Source: the human T2T-CHM13v2.0 reference genome, Homo sapiens. From it: 64,000 nt of DNA. Position numbers and translations under genes: made by a program. The notes beneath the pieces were generated by a model, which ran no database searches, had not been told where the DNA came from, and saw only the letters and a list, made by a program, of their open reading frames with translations. Shown here piece by piece: positions 23,493-36,508 of this stretch. Numbering within the stretch: position 1 is the stretch's first letter; each line of letters begins with the position of its first letter. The stretch lies in assembly GCF_009914755.1 (NCBI RefSeq), contig NC_060942.1; one strand, given 5' to 3'.

Positions 23493-24042
23493 TGTATCAA
23501 TTAGCTATTGCTAAGTAACACACCTCCCCAAAACTCAATGGTGTAAAACAATAAGCATTACTTAGTGCTTACAAATCTATGGGTGGGATGGGTGATTTTT
23601 CTGGGCATCGTTAGTTGGCTCATTCATTTATCTGTCATCATTTGTGGGTCAGTTAAGCATTTCTCTTAATTTTGAATGAATATATTTGTCTGGCAGTCAG
23701 CTGGTTCTGGGCTGGCTCAAGGTGGCTCAGCTGAAGAACTAGATTCTCTCTTGGATTTCTCATCTTCCAGCAGGCTAGTCCAGTCCTGCTTACATGGCAA
23801 GGACAAAATTTGAGACAGGAAGAGTGAAAGCACACAAGGCATCTTTATTCTTTTGCTCAGAACCGGCAGTGTCACTTCTGCTGCCTTCTGTTGGCCAAAA
23901 CCATATAATTTCAGATCAGATTAAAAGCACAGGGAAACAAAAACTATATCGTGGTGGAAGGAACTACAAAGCCAGATGGAAAAGGGCAGATTTGGACAAT
24001 AGGGTCGAGAATTAGAGATATCTTTGCAATAAATTTACCCCT
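23493..24042 (-). mobile_element. MLT1H-like MaLR solo LTR
   Basis: TGTATCAATTAGCTATTGCT...CCCCAAAACTCAATGG...CCAGCAGGCTAGTCCAG...TCTGTTGGCCAAAAC. Confidence 0.8.
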
Positions 24043-24189
24043 TATCAAAACATTGGAAGGAAACGAAAATGACAAACACCAGGAGGAAGGAGGCATGTCT
24101 CCAAAGAGTAGTAAAGTGAGAAGTATAATGATGATCAATGACATACTTTAGAATTTAGTAAATAGATTAAAGAAAGTAAGAAAATATTA

Positions 24190-25720
24190 TGCATTCATTA
24201 TTCTAGTTGACAATGTTTATTGAGTCAGGCAATATTTTAAGCACTCGCTATGCAAAGAAAAAAGAGAAAGATTTTTCCTCATTTTTTGGGGGGAACAGTC
24301 AATAAAGACATAAATAATCATAGTTGAGATAATTTTAAATAGTGCTAGGTGCTAGAAGGAAAATCAAAGCAGGCAAGAGAGTAGTGGATGCCAGGCTTGC
24401 AGTGTGAGTGGGTCTACTTTAGCTAAAGGAATCAGGATAGTCTCTTTAAGGAAGTGACATGAATAAAGAGTTAAATGGCAAGAATGGGGAAGCCTTGGGA
24501 ACACAGGGAGGAAGAGCAGAAATCAGCTCACACCAACTTACTGAGAAAAGAAAGAGCTCGGCTCATTGATCAGAAAGAAAAGGGCTTGTAAGGCTATAGA
24601 TTACTGAGCAAGTTAGAGAAGGAGGCAGTCCAGAACAAGCACAGTCTTATGAGCCAAGTAAGGCTGTTGAATTCTATCCAAGAATGTGTAACAAGAAGCT
24701 ATTAAATACCATAATCAAATCAGCTATGCGATCTTATGTTTTGAATGGAAACTTTGGCTACTATGAGTCAAATGTACTACACAGGGCAAAAGTGAAAGCC
24801 AAAAGGCTATTGTATAAGTACAAGGGTGGGTAAAGATAGAAAAAGAAAGGCAAGTAGGGAAGTAGTTACAGTAACTGGTGAGAGTTGGTGGTGGCTTAGG
24901 ATAAAATTGGACTTCGTGAGAAAGAGAGAAATGGTCAGATTGTTGATTTATTTTCAAGGTGAAGCCCCAAAGTTTTGCTGATTGATGGCGCAGAGGATGA
25001 GAGAAAAGAGCAGTGCTGAGGGTGAAGTATTTTGATTGAATTGAAATGTCTATTAGATAGCAAAATGGAGACGTTGAATTGGCATTTGGATATCCAAATC
25101 CAATTCTCAGGGAAGAGAGGAAATGGAGAGAAATAGTTTCAGAGTATCTACATAGAAATGGTGATATGGTTTGGCTCCGTGTCCCCACCCAGATCTCATG
25201 TTGAATTGTGATTTTCAATATTGGAGAATGGGCCTGGTGGGAGGTGATTCGATCATGGGGGCAGATTTCCCCCTTGTTGTTCTCATGATAATGAGTGAGT
25301 TCTCATGCGATCTCGTTGTTGGAAAGTGTGTAGCACTTCTCCCTTCGCTCTCTCTCCTGATGCACCATATGAAGATTGTTTTTGCTTCCCCTTCACCTTC
25401 CACCATGATTGTAAGTTACTTGAGGCCTCCTCAGCCATGCCTCCTAAATCTCCTGTGGAACCGTGAGCCAATTAAACCTGTCTTCTCTATAAATTACCCA
25501 GTTTCAGGTGTGTATTTATAGCAGGGTGAGAACAGACTAATACAGATGGTCTTAATGAAATAAACTTAGGAAGAGATTTTTGTAAAAAGAGAAGTCTGAT
25601 TTTTTTAAAAAGTCTGAATTATTCAGAGTCTTAGACACAGATAGAGAAAAATATATCATTTTAGGAGAGGCCAATTGTGTCAAATCCTTCAGAATTTGAG
25701 CAATACACTTAAGGTGCTTT
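24190..25720 (-). mobile_element. L2 (interrupted by the MSTA/THE1D LTR)
   Basis: AATGTTTATTGAG..., GAAGTGACAT, GGCATTTGGATATCCAAATC and other antisense L2 hallmarks. Confidence 0.7.
25162..25544 (+). mobile_element. MSTA/THE1D-type MaLR solo LTR
   Basis: TGATATGGTTTGGCTCCGTGTCCCCACCC ... ATTAAACC ... GACTAATACA, with 5-bp TSD AATGG/GATGG. Confidence 0.95.
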
Positions 25721-25947
25721 GTGGTTATTGGGAAGAGAGAAAAATATCACCTGGATCATAATGTGACTTTGGACTTCTGGTCTTGCTCAAAGTTAGAGGT
25801 GAGGTTTCAACTGGGTAAAATTAAAAAAAAAAAATCAAAACTAAAAAGAATGACACATTGCAAAGTATTAGGTGCTTCACAGAGATTAAATTCTGAAAAT
25901 GTACTTGTCAATCCTCCTAATGAAGTAGAAAAGAAAGAAATCTCTAA

Positions 25948-26160
25948 AAACTCCCACTTTCACCCAAGAAGGAGATACAGGCACTGGATTTAACCTTCCA
26001 ACTGAACCAACCAAAGGAGCAGACAAAGTATATGAAATACTGGTTTCCAAGATGCTGGCTATTAGGCACAAGGACATGCCTAAGAGAGAGCAACTAAATG
26101 AGGTGAGCCCTACAATTGTCCCAGCTCACTTCTGTGAGAGAGTTTCCAGGCTATGGAAGT
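25948..26160 (+). mobile_element. Extreme 5' end of an old L1 (L1ME/L1MD-type 5'UTR)
   Basis: ACTCCCACTTTCACCCAAGAAGGAG...AAATGAGGTGAGCCCTACAATTGTCCCAGCT...GAGAGAGTTTCCAGGC resembles recalled old L1 5' ends. Confidence 0.55.
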
Positions 26161-26164
26161 TTTC

Positions 26165-27390
26165 TTCAAAAAGTAATGACAATCAAAAGATTAGCCACAA
26201 ACAGAGAAAATGTTTGTAATTTATATATCTAATAATGGACTTGTATCAAAAGTAAATAAATAATTCTCAAAACTTAAAAAGAAAATATCCGAATTTTTGA
26301 AAATATGCAAAAGAGCAGTTAATTTTACATGATAAAAGACGATACATGGATGGCAAATAAACACATATAAAGATAGCCAAGTGGCTAAGATGTAGAAAAA
26401 CCAAAGCTCTTATGCACTACTGGCAGAACGTAAAGGGGTATAACTTATTTGGAAACAGCTTGTCTGTTTCTTAAAAATTAAAATATCCGTCTACTATATG
26501 GCCTAGCAATTCTACTCCTAGATATTGAGTCAAAAAAAATAAAAGCATATGGCCATGCAACTCAGATATGAGTAATCATAGAGGCTTTATTTGCATCAGC
26601 CCCAAAATGGGCAACAATACAAATGTCCATTAACAGTAAATGGATAAAAAAGTTGTGGTATATTCATACGATGAAATGATAATTGTAAAAATAAATGAAC
26701 TATTGATACATATGATAAAATGAATGCATTTCAAAATTATAATGCTGGGTATAAAAAACAAAACCAAAAAGTACACATTTTATAATACTATTTGTATAAA
26801 ATTCTAGAAAATGAAAATTAATTTATAGTGACAGGAAACATATCAGCCATTGCCTGGGATACAGAGAGAGGAAACTGTGGGAGGGATGAATTACAAAGCG
26901 GAATGAGGAAAAGTTTGAGGTTCATTATCTTAAGTGCAGTGATGGTTTTGCAGGTGCTTATGTGTATCAAAACTTATGAAACTTGCAGTTTAAATATGTG
27001 TAGTTTATTGAATATCAACTGAACAGTTAATTTGTTTTTTTGTTTTGTTTTGTTTTGTTTTGTTTTGTTTTGTTTTGTTTTGTTTTGTTTTTGAGAAGGA
27101 GCCTCGCTCTATCGCCCGGGCTGGAGTGCAGTGGCAGGATCTTGGCTCACTGCAATCTCCGCCTCCTGGGTTTAAGCAATTCTCTCGTCTCAACCTCTGG
27201 AGTAGCTGGGGTTACAGGGGTGGGCCATCATGCCCGGCTAATTTTTGTATTTTTAGTAGAGACGGGGTTTCACCATGTTGGCCAGGCTGTCTCAAACTCC
27301 TGACCTCAATTGATGAGCCCACATTGGCCTTTCAAAGTGCTGGGATTACAGGCATGAGCCACCACACCCGGCCTAATCTCTTTTAAATAT
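26165..27390 (+). mobile_element. L1ME-type 3' end (ORF2 C-terminus plus 3'UTR), interrupted by an Alu
   Basis: CCTAGCAATTCTACTCCTAG, CAAATGTCCATTAACAG, TTTAAATATGTGTAGTTTATTG. Confidence 0.8.
27034..27373 (-). mobile_element. AluS (Sx/Sz-like) with (TTTTG)n tail
   Basis: Antisense dimeric Alu ending CCACACCCGGCC, with a pentanucleotide tail at 27034-27092. Confidence 0.95.
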
Positions 27391-27802
27391 AATTAAATTA
27401 ATTGAAAACAATAATGTCAATGTATGAGGACCTTGAAATGAGCTTGGATAAGAGAGAGCTAGCTTAGACAAAAGGACAAGACTATAGCAGAGAACAAACA
27501 TAAAAACATGTCTTAGATCTGTGAGTTGTGCCTGGAAGATTGATGCCCAGATTAAATCAAGATGTGAGAAAAACACTAATGAAAAACAAACAAAAATAAA
27601 TAGATATGGGAGAGATATGTATGTCCTTCCCATTTTAAAATTTATTTAAAAATAAACTTATTTTTTAAAAATTGGATATGTTTTCCTCTTGCCAAATCAT
27701 ACAAGAGATTGCTTAGTTTAAATCCTTGAGGCCAGTGATGTTGTATTAATAAATAATAAAAAGTAAAATTTATGCTCTTTCTCAACTCAGCTGACTAAAA
27801 AG

Positions 27803-27829
27803 ATATATATGCATATATGTGCATATATA

Positions 27830-27865
<36 letters not shown>

Positions 27866-27900
27866 GACAGAGAGAGAGACATAGACAAAGACAGAGAGAG
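27803..27900. repeat. Compound (TA)/(TG)/(GA) microsatellite
   Basis: Directly visible. Confidence 0.9.
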
Positions 27901-27954
27901 ATCTCAGACATAGAAAGAGAGAACTGATTTCCAGCATAAAAGGCTAATTACTTC

Positions 27955-28142
27955 AATGTTAAAGCACAGGCTTGGATGAGACAGATAGCCACACGTTTAG
28001 TCCTTCCTACCAATATTACTTTATACAGATCACTGAAACATGGATCTGTAGCTTCTTCCTCTGGGAAACACAACACCACTCTGGGCATTATAAAAGTTAA
28101 ACAACATGGTATAAAGTTCTTAGCAAAGTGTCTGACACATAC
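27955..28142 (+). mobile_element. MIR, diverged
   Basis: TATAAAGTTCTTAGCAAAGTGTCTGACACATA resembles the MIR 3' end. Confidence 0.5.
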
Positions 28143-28409
28143 CCCCCAATTCCTCCAGCTTCCTGGCTCTTTTAATGTGCTCAAATTGCCCAAATCAGAA
28201 AATGAGATTCTGAGATATCATGGGAAGTTTTTAAGAAGTTTTCAAAGCTGATTAGCTTTAAGAAATCATAAATAATGACAAATCCCTAGGGTAGAGGTAA
28301 ATCTACCAACCATGAAGGGATAAGCCTAATATTAAATCAGATCATCTTCTAAAAGAGGGTATTAAAATGATACCCTAAAGAAATATATTTATAGATAAAA
28401 TTAAGCCAT

Positions 28410-29030
28410 TTTGAGTTGAGTAAGTGTTCAATTGGTTCCCTTCCTAATGGATTGAGTGATTATACTCAAGAGTTGTGATTTATGATCAATGTCAAATAGT
28501 AGGAGAGAGTGCATCATCATGCTGAAATGTTTTAGTCTAGATGTTGACAAGAACAGAATATTGATTAATTGTTTTATTGGGAATATTGGTTATGGTATGA
28601 TGTAGCAAGTTGTAAAATGGGGCCACAAACCTGTTGTTTCACACTGACCCATAAAACTAGCTCACAAATGAGGTATTAAAAAATTCAAATACTCTACGTT
28701 TATAGTCAGTCTATATATTATAACTAATAGATTAATTATAGGTATTTATATTATACATTTAAAGTGGAAGATAATTGCATGTCTTTCTAGATAGTCTCAC
28801 AGGAAAATCCAATAACTTTAATGACAAAAGAGATGCGAAAAAACTTTTAAACTAAAGTTCAAATTTGTATTAAAGTATACTTACATAAACATCCTCATGA
28901 AAATTTGAAGAATCTTATGAATCTGCAATCATAACTGAATTTGCAAATAATAATGGTGAAAAAGCACAAGCATCCAAAATTTTCAGCAGTTAAAATGTAT
29001 CAATTCCTGCACTTGGGTTGAACAATTATA
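28410..29030 (+). mobile_element. L3/CR1 LINE fragments (discontinuous)
   Basis: TATACTCAAGAGTTGTGATTTATGATCAATGTCAA and TTCCTGCACTTGGGTTGAACAAT resemble CR1 RT-region sequence. Confidence 0.45.
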
Positions 29031-29873
29031 CTTCCCACTTACTGAGTGGGAACTATAACTCCAAAATGTAGAAAGAATATTGAACTTGTTGACTCTTTCC
29101 TCCTGCTTTATTCCATCCTGCACCTCAACCAGTCTTGCTCCACACCTACAATGAAGGGCAGCAAAGGAAACAAAGAGGAGAAATTAGTCATATTTGGAGA
29201 AAATTTCTGTTTCTACCATAATGAAGATGTGAAAATAAACAGAATGTTGTCTATAACAAATCCGGCCCAGTAAGCAGTTAGAATAAGCCACTATATGTTA
29301 GGTATAATGCAAAATGTATCCCTTCTTTCAAATAATTATTTCTTCTACTACCCCAACACAGTGACTGGAATTTCCTCAATTAGAATTTATGTTTGTATGT
29401 TAATTCAAGCCTATGGTATGGCAATGAATCTTTCAAAGACCTCTATGAAAAGACAAATTACTCTGAAGAGATAACACACTATGTCTTGCATCTGGACATG
29501 GATGTGTTTATAAAGAGTAAATCTGGGAGAAAATGAATTGTACCATAAGACATTTTTGAGGGAAGGAAATTGTAAAGCAAAAATTAGAAACTTTGGAAGT
29601 TTTTCCATGAGATAAGTTAGGTAAAGAACAGCCTCGAGGGGCCAGAAATGTGGAATAAGTATGATAACACCAGGGCTCTGAAAAAGAGATTTTGAAAGCA
29701 GGGAATAAAATTCAGAACAAGAAGGTGGGACAATTCTAAAAAAATGTAGCCTCCATTTCAATATGACTGCCAGACTTCCTTGGTTCTGACATAGATCTTT
29801 GGTATTTATATGGACTCTGAGTCACTTACAGCACTCTGCTGTTTCATTCAACAAGGACTTGTGGGACAGTTCC

Positions 29874-30304
29874 TGTCTTAAATTAGATTCACTCAAAAAT
29901 TGACTTTATGGCAAGGAATTAAGGACAGCTAGTTTACACGGGAGTTGACTTCAAGAATCACAGATAAGAAAGTTGGTGAGAATAACAAGGAAAGAAATAA
30001 TATTTAAAAATGCACATTGATAAGCAAATTAACTGAGGTTCAGTACTCCAGGAGGCCCTCTGAGAAACTGAATAATGCTTCTGAATCATTGGGTCATGTT
30101 TATACTGATTACTTCTGACTATTTCTTTCCCTGCACTTCCAGATTATGACTACCTGTGGTTAAGCAAGCTCCTGGAGTACCAAAAAATTCCTAAAGAGAT
30201 GAGAAAAAAAAAATGGGAAACTCTCAGTGTGGTGAGACTTGTCAAGCCTCACTGCAGATGAACTCAAAGATGGGGTCCATAGCAGCCATGTCCAGGATGT
30301 CACA
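29874..30304 (-). mobile_element. LTR33-like ERVL LTR, diverged
   Basis: TGTCTTAAATTAGATTC...GGCAAGGAATTAAGG...TAGTTTACACGGGAGTTGA. Confidence 0.5.
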
Positions 30305-31399
30305 AATCTCACGTTTAGAGTCTGGAAGAAATAATGGGAGAAGAGTCATAACATAAGTTCAAACAGATACAAACAGATAAAAGAGAAACCAAAAATTCAA
30401 ATCTACAGAGAACAGAAAGGGGCATGATAATTAGAAAGATGATCAAATTCATTAAAAAGGGCTTCCTGAGGCAGGTAGCATTTGATCAACTCTTAAAGGT
30501 GCTAGCATAAATTAATAGAGTCTTGGTAGAGTAGTAGAGGTGGAGAGATGAATATTAGCATACTTATCTAGTGTGCATCACACTAATTTGGAGATACAGG
30601 AAGAATTTAGTGGATGTTAGGACGTTTATAAATACCTAGTCCTGGAATATGAAAAGCAACTAACACCTTAACCCAAAGGAACAAGATTATAAAGCCCCAA
30701 AACTGAAAAGAGCCACAAAATCAGTCTAAATTTTAAGCACTGAATATTTTAGGCTTTTGTTGTATTTTACTCCACTTTGCATGGGAAACTCTGCTATTTC
30801 CTAAATGTTTTCCATACTCAGAAAAATCTCATAGCCTTGAATCCATAAGCCTTGAGGCTGGCAGCGTTTAACTCCAGCCTGAAAGCGATTAAATAATACA
30901 TTAATTATAATGTAATAACCAGGTTTCTGAATGACTGGGGGTTAATTTGTCTTTGGAAAGGTTGCTTGCTTCATTGAAAGGTGATTTGGAACTCTGTTAA
31001 ATATATATTTCTCCTAGCAGTGTTATATATGCTTTTGTGTGTGTATATATATATGTATATATTTCTTGTTGGAGCAGACAATTCACAATAAAAATATTTT
31101 TCCTTGTTTTTACTTTCTTGTAACCACTATGAAGATTTAAAAAATGTAAACATTTTCACTTCAAGTACTAAATTGTTAAATATTTCTAATTGCCTGTATT
31201 ATAATTTTGTGCTGTACAACAGTCCAATAGGTATTATTAGGATGACATTCATGGTACTGGAGTTCAGATGTTTAATCTCTACATGAAGTATCTTTCTCCA
31301 GGACCACAGACAGTTTTATTATTTTAATTTTTGTTTGGAGTAGGAATAATGTTTCTGAAAATCTATTTTATACCAGTCTAGCCTAATCTGTACAATATA

Positions 31400-32070
31400 T
31401 TCATTTCAATAGCACTAGTTGAGACCTGTAGTGAGTCAGCTTCTAAGTACTAGCCAAGAATTTCTATTTTTATCTTAGGAAAAGAAAAAAGAAGACAATA
31501 TATGAAGAGATCATTACAATACAGATTGTACATACAAGGTGCTATATGTACCATATTGTATTATAGTATCATGCAGTTTATTTAGAGAAGCAGAGAGTAC
31601 TAACCCAGGATCCAGGTTGGGCTACGGGAAATCACTGAAAATTTCTAAGTATCAAGACGGGTCAGAATTACATTTTACCTAGATAATGCTGGAAGTTGTG
31701 TTGATGGTAAATTTAAGAGTACAAATCCAGAGGCAGAGAGATATGTCAAAGACTTGAGTATATGTAAAAAAATAATAGGAACGAGGGCAAGGGGATGAGT
31801 GAAGTGGATCATACATAGCAGTTCAGTGGTGAAATCAGTAGCACGTGATGACTAATTGTGGCAACAGCATGGTTAGGAGCCTGAGTAGACATAGGATATA
31901 GGCCAAGCATCTTAAGTTGTCAGTATGTATGACAAGGTGAATGGTGAAATATACAACTAAGACAAAAGCCACATTCAGAAAGGGTATCTTTAGGAGGCAT
32001 AATTATAAGTTTAGTATTAGCTCTGTAGCATTTGACATTCACATAGAAATATTCAGTAGACCTTCATATA
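31400..32070 (-). mobile_element. L2 fragments
   Basis: GTCAGAATTACATTTT...AGATAATGCTGG and GTAGCATTTGACAT antisense L2-like motifs. Confidence 0.45.
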
Positions 32071-32382
32071 TATATACGCACACACATATGTATACGAAAC
32101 TTTTGGACTTACTCCAGACTTCCTCCATAGGCACAAGTTTTTCTTTGTCATTAAGTAAAATACCCAGCAAAGGAGGGCCATAGAACCCATAAGTTTATGA
32201 ATCGATCTTTGATTATTTTCTCTCTCTCATCCCTCTTATTCAATCCACCAACAAATTTGTTAATTCTACTCCCAAAAGTGTATGCTAAGTCTACACACTT
32301 CTCTCCGTTTCCAGTTTCACAATTTTATGATATACATCTTCATGTCTTTTTACTGGTTACTGTAAGTGGCATATTTTCTTAG

Positions 32383-32849
32383 AATAGCCAAGAACTGGTA
32401 AGAACCCAAATGTCCATCAAGTGATGAATGGACAGACAAAGGATGGTATATCCATACCGTGGAATATTAGCAATAAAAATAAATGAAGTAGCGATACATG
32501 TTACAATATGCATGACCCTTGAAAACATTATGCTAAGTGAAAGAAGCCAGACACAAAAGGCCATATACCGTATGATTCCACTGACACAAAATATCAAAAA
32601 TAGGCAAGTCCTTAGAGACAGAATTATTGATTAGTGGTTATGAGAGGCTAAAGAATGGGAAGAGAGGGAATAGAATGAGGAATGACTCCCAATCAGTATG
32701 AGGTTTCTTATGGGGGTGATAAAAATGTCTTACAGTAGTGCTTCTAGGTAGTGGCGATGGCTGTACAACTTTATGGATATACTAAAAATCACAAAATATT
32801 TCTCTTTTAATTATTGAATTTTATGGTATGTGAATTATATCTCAATAAG
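32383..32849 (+). mobile_element. L1MB (MB7/8-like) 3' end
   Basis: CCCAAATGTCCATCAA, CCTTGAAAACATTATGCTAAGTGAAAGAAGCCAGACACAAAAGGCCA, TATGGTATGTGAATTATATCTCAATAA. Confidence 0.9.
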
Positions 32850-32899
32850 GAAATCTAACAGAACTGTTCTTAATTTGAGGAGGAGGATGGTAACCTTTA

Positions 32900-33800
32900 C
32901 TAGGTTGATCGTTTAAAAAAAAAGAGGTGCAATTTTGATTATATGACAATTACAAAATCTGAAGCAAGAAATGAGACGACTTGGTGACAAATTGAATATA
33001 GACAAGGGAAGGAAACCAGCCAGGGACAATTCCCTGATTGAAAAAAATATGAATTAATGTGAAAAAATAATCTAATTGTGGGCACAAGATTAATTCAGTT
33101 TTGAAAATGGTGAGATTTGCACAAATACAAGATTTTTTTAAGTGGAGGTGTCTTTAGGCATCTGAATGTTGGGGACACATGTTCAAGCTGCTGAAGACAC
33201 AAAAATGAGTATCATCAACTCAGAGAAAGAAGAAAATGTCATGAGGATGATGCAGAGAGAAAAACAGAAAATTAAGGACTGAAGTTTTGTGGAATATCCT
33301 TCACTTAGGAGATGGTCTTAAAAAGTGGCGTCTCAGAAAACAGAAAACGAAGAGAGCAGAAAAATGCCTTTGCGCAGAGTCTAAGAGAAGAGAGTTGCAA
33401 GAACTAGAGGCCAGCACAGAGGAGATATGGAGAGACTGGGAAAAAGAAAACTAAGTAAAGGCAACAGTAAGACCATTTTGATAAATACACACACACTGAG
33501 GGATAAGAGTTTGTCCAATTGATATCCAGAGGTGATGAATGTATTAAATTTATTAGAGACCAGAATTTTGAAATAAGTGAGAATAATTTTATCTAAGGGA
33601 GGAAATACTTGTGGTCGTGGGGAAAGAAATTAACTGCATAGGACACCAGGCTTTGAAAAGGATTAGAATGGACATGGCAGGCAAGAGAGAGGCAGACAAG
33701 TGACATGACTCAATCCATTTTTCAAAATTGAGACGGTGGAAGATTGTTTTAGTCCCTGTATTTGAGAATGATGAGAGATTAGAGTCTGGAGAGAATAATA
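32900..33800 (-). mobile_element. L2 fragments
   Basis: GACTTGGTGACAAATTGAATAT and TTCAGTTTTGAAAATGGTGAG motifs. Confidence 0.45.
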
Positions 33801-34094
33801 AGGGTGGGACAGGAAGATGGAAGCAGCACATCCAAGTTGCGAGACGGACACGGGTGGAATATTCAGCATACACACCAGAACAACAAAGTCAAGACCTCAA
33901 GTTCAGAAACAGAGATGGTACAATTTTCTCTTTTCACAAACTCTGCATATTGTTGGCTACTCCTTAGCAGAATACTGATCTTACAATAGACATTTGTGAA
34001 TTGTGGATTTCTGCCTTCCCGATGTTAATGGTTTGTGAATTATTTTGACATTTCATTTTTTTCTTACTTCTTCTTTTTCCTACCACCCTACATG

Positions 34095-34435
34095 AAAAGG
34101 CAGCCTGTCAAAAAGTGAAAATGATTTTATATTTACAAGGCAAAGGAACCTTTAAATGACCTTAGAGGTTTACATGAGGTAGTCACAGCTTCGGGATGAT
34201 CAGTAAGGTTGCTGTTGACAGATACCACTTGATGGACTGGAAATCAATTTGATCAGATGTTTTTATGGATTATAGTGGCCTTGGCTAATTACAAAAGATT
34301 GTCTTCCTAGATCCCACAGTTTTCAGAGCTGACTTTGAGCAGGTGTACACAGGATTAAGCTGCAGGCTTGACAGTTTTCCCTAATTATCTGTCACAAGGG
34401 CAATTCTTGGTTCATCTTGACACTTGTGTCAAAAA
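34095..34435. promoter_or_regulatory. Candidate enhancer: MEIS/TGIF and homeodomain motif cluster
   Basis: 4 x TGACAG/CTGTCA, 2 x GGATTA, 2 x TAATTA, TTTATGG and CAGGTG within ~340 bp of non-repeat DNA. Confidence 0.4.
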
Positions 34436-36508
34436 CAGGCTGAACTTTTATTTCTTAGGAAACACGCTTTTTTTTTCACACTAATCTGTGTTTAGAGGAT
34501 GAGGCTGATCACATTTATCATCATTTGCATGGATTTGGAAGAGGGAAAGAGACTGCAAATATGAAAAAATGGATATGAATTTTTTGAAAATCTACATAAA
34601 ACAGATAATGTGATCACTGAGTTGAAAGGAAATAAAATAAATGCTGTATAGATTCAGTCATTCAGATTCTACTGGAAAACATGATATTTTAACATAATTT
34701 TTTTAAAAGGGAGGTTGTAAGATGTCTTATTAAAAGAAGAGAGAATGGAAAAATGATTGTGTTATGTGCCATAATCAACAACAGTCCATGTCAGACCTGA
34801 TAAATTATGAAAATTTAGATGTACATCAGAAAACTAAATCGTGTCCTTTTCTTGAGATTCAGAAAAATGTCTTCAGAGAGATTTTGACCATTGCATAGTT
34901 GAAATAAATGCTTTGTCCAAAACATGGGTGACTACTAAACAAAGATTCAGATGTGACTGAATATGAGGAACTAGGGCCCATAAAGCAAAAGTTAATTTGT
35001 ATATGGGTATGACAGACAAGCAGAATGGGGATAGTTTTGTGTGGAAACAGCAAGACAGAGAGAAGGGAGAAGAGATGGTGTAAATGGTCAGTGAGTAGTC
35101 CTTTTGTTATTTTGACTGTAGGAATGAGAACTAAGGCTTTGGAGAGTATACTTTTAGACTAGAGCTGAAAAATTGAACTCACAAATATTTATGTGACAAA
35201 GATTCAAATAATTTTTCTAGAGCCCAGAAGTAGCAAGATATATTATTGTGTAGGAAAAAAAACCTTTTGTCTTCCTTGTTCTGTACAGAACACAGCATGT
35301 GCCTGGAAACATGAGAGGTCTGGGATGTCTACGTAAATTCCTGAAAGTAGCAAGTTTGTAAGGTGGAAACAGAAGAAAACAATGATAATGCTTGACCAAG
35401 AAATGTCACTCATAATGGTGGACTCTTTTTACATATATGGGTTTCTAGGTAAATGTGGCTGGCATAGTGGAGAGACTTGGTAGAAAGTTAAAAGCTTACA
35501 CAATCAGTCACTCAACAAATATTTATAGTGCATGAAATGTGCCTTCTTGTTTTAGTTTTTACAGATTCATCAATGAAAAGTAAAACATATGAAAAACCCA
35601 TAAGCCTGTGAAATTTTGAGATACTGTGACTCTTTTGTACTAACAATCTTATAAAGTCTGGAGAACATTAGGTTGTATTAACAATGTTAAACATAAATTG
35701 TATTATTATGTCTCTTACAAAAAAGCTAATGAATCTGTACTTTTATTTGAAAAGAATAAATATTAGAAAAAAATAAGAAATATCAGTTCTGAAGAATTTA
35801 CTCATTGAAGATAGAAAACTTACCCACATGATCTTTCAAGTTCTTATATAATCTTAAGCTTTTATAATATTTGTTCAGATTACTATTTCTAGAATTAGCA
35901 TTATAACCGAAGCCAGTTATAGTAAGAAACAAACAAAAATGTTTAAATGAGTATGTGTTATAAGATAGATAAGATTACGTGCTATAAGATACTTAGAAGG
36001 GATAGTGTTTTCATTGAGTCTTTTTGGATTGTTCCTTCAGATGCTAGACCATAAAAACAGATGACGTGTAGAAGAAACTACAACCAGTGGCCCATAAAAT
36101 GGCCATAATCCCATCAAACACCAAGAACAATTATAGTGCAAACTCATATCACTAGGCCTATCAAGTTATAATTTGTATATATCTATTTTAGAAACTGCAT
36201 CATTTAACCTCACTCACAAAGGTGTTAGGAAGATTAACTAACTAGATAATTTCACAAAGTGCTTAGACAATAAAAGGTAAAGAGATAAATGTCATGGATT
36301 ATTGCTTTAGACCCTCTGCCAATGCTAAAAGACCAAAGTTAATGTATTGTTTCGTTTTCCACTGTCTAGGTAGCTCAAGTTCATTAGTTCCAAGAATGGG
36401 GGCAGTCGGAGGTGAGAAATATTTCTCCAGGAGAAAGAGAACATAGATTCAGATCCCAAGGGGAGTCAAAGTCATTGGATTTATTACAGCATTTCTCTGC
36501 TTACAAAG

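Noticed and set aside
24724-25218. Longest ORF (164 aa, minus strand)
   Set aside because: It spans an LTR/L2 junction and is a chance open frame in repeat DNA.
27005-27386. ORFs with FCFVL and TKQNK repeats
   Set aside because: These are translations of an Alu and its (TTTTG)n tail.
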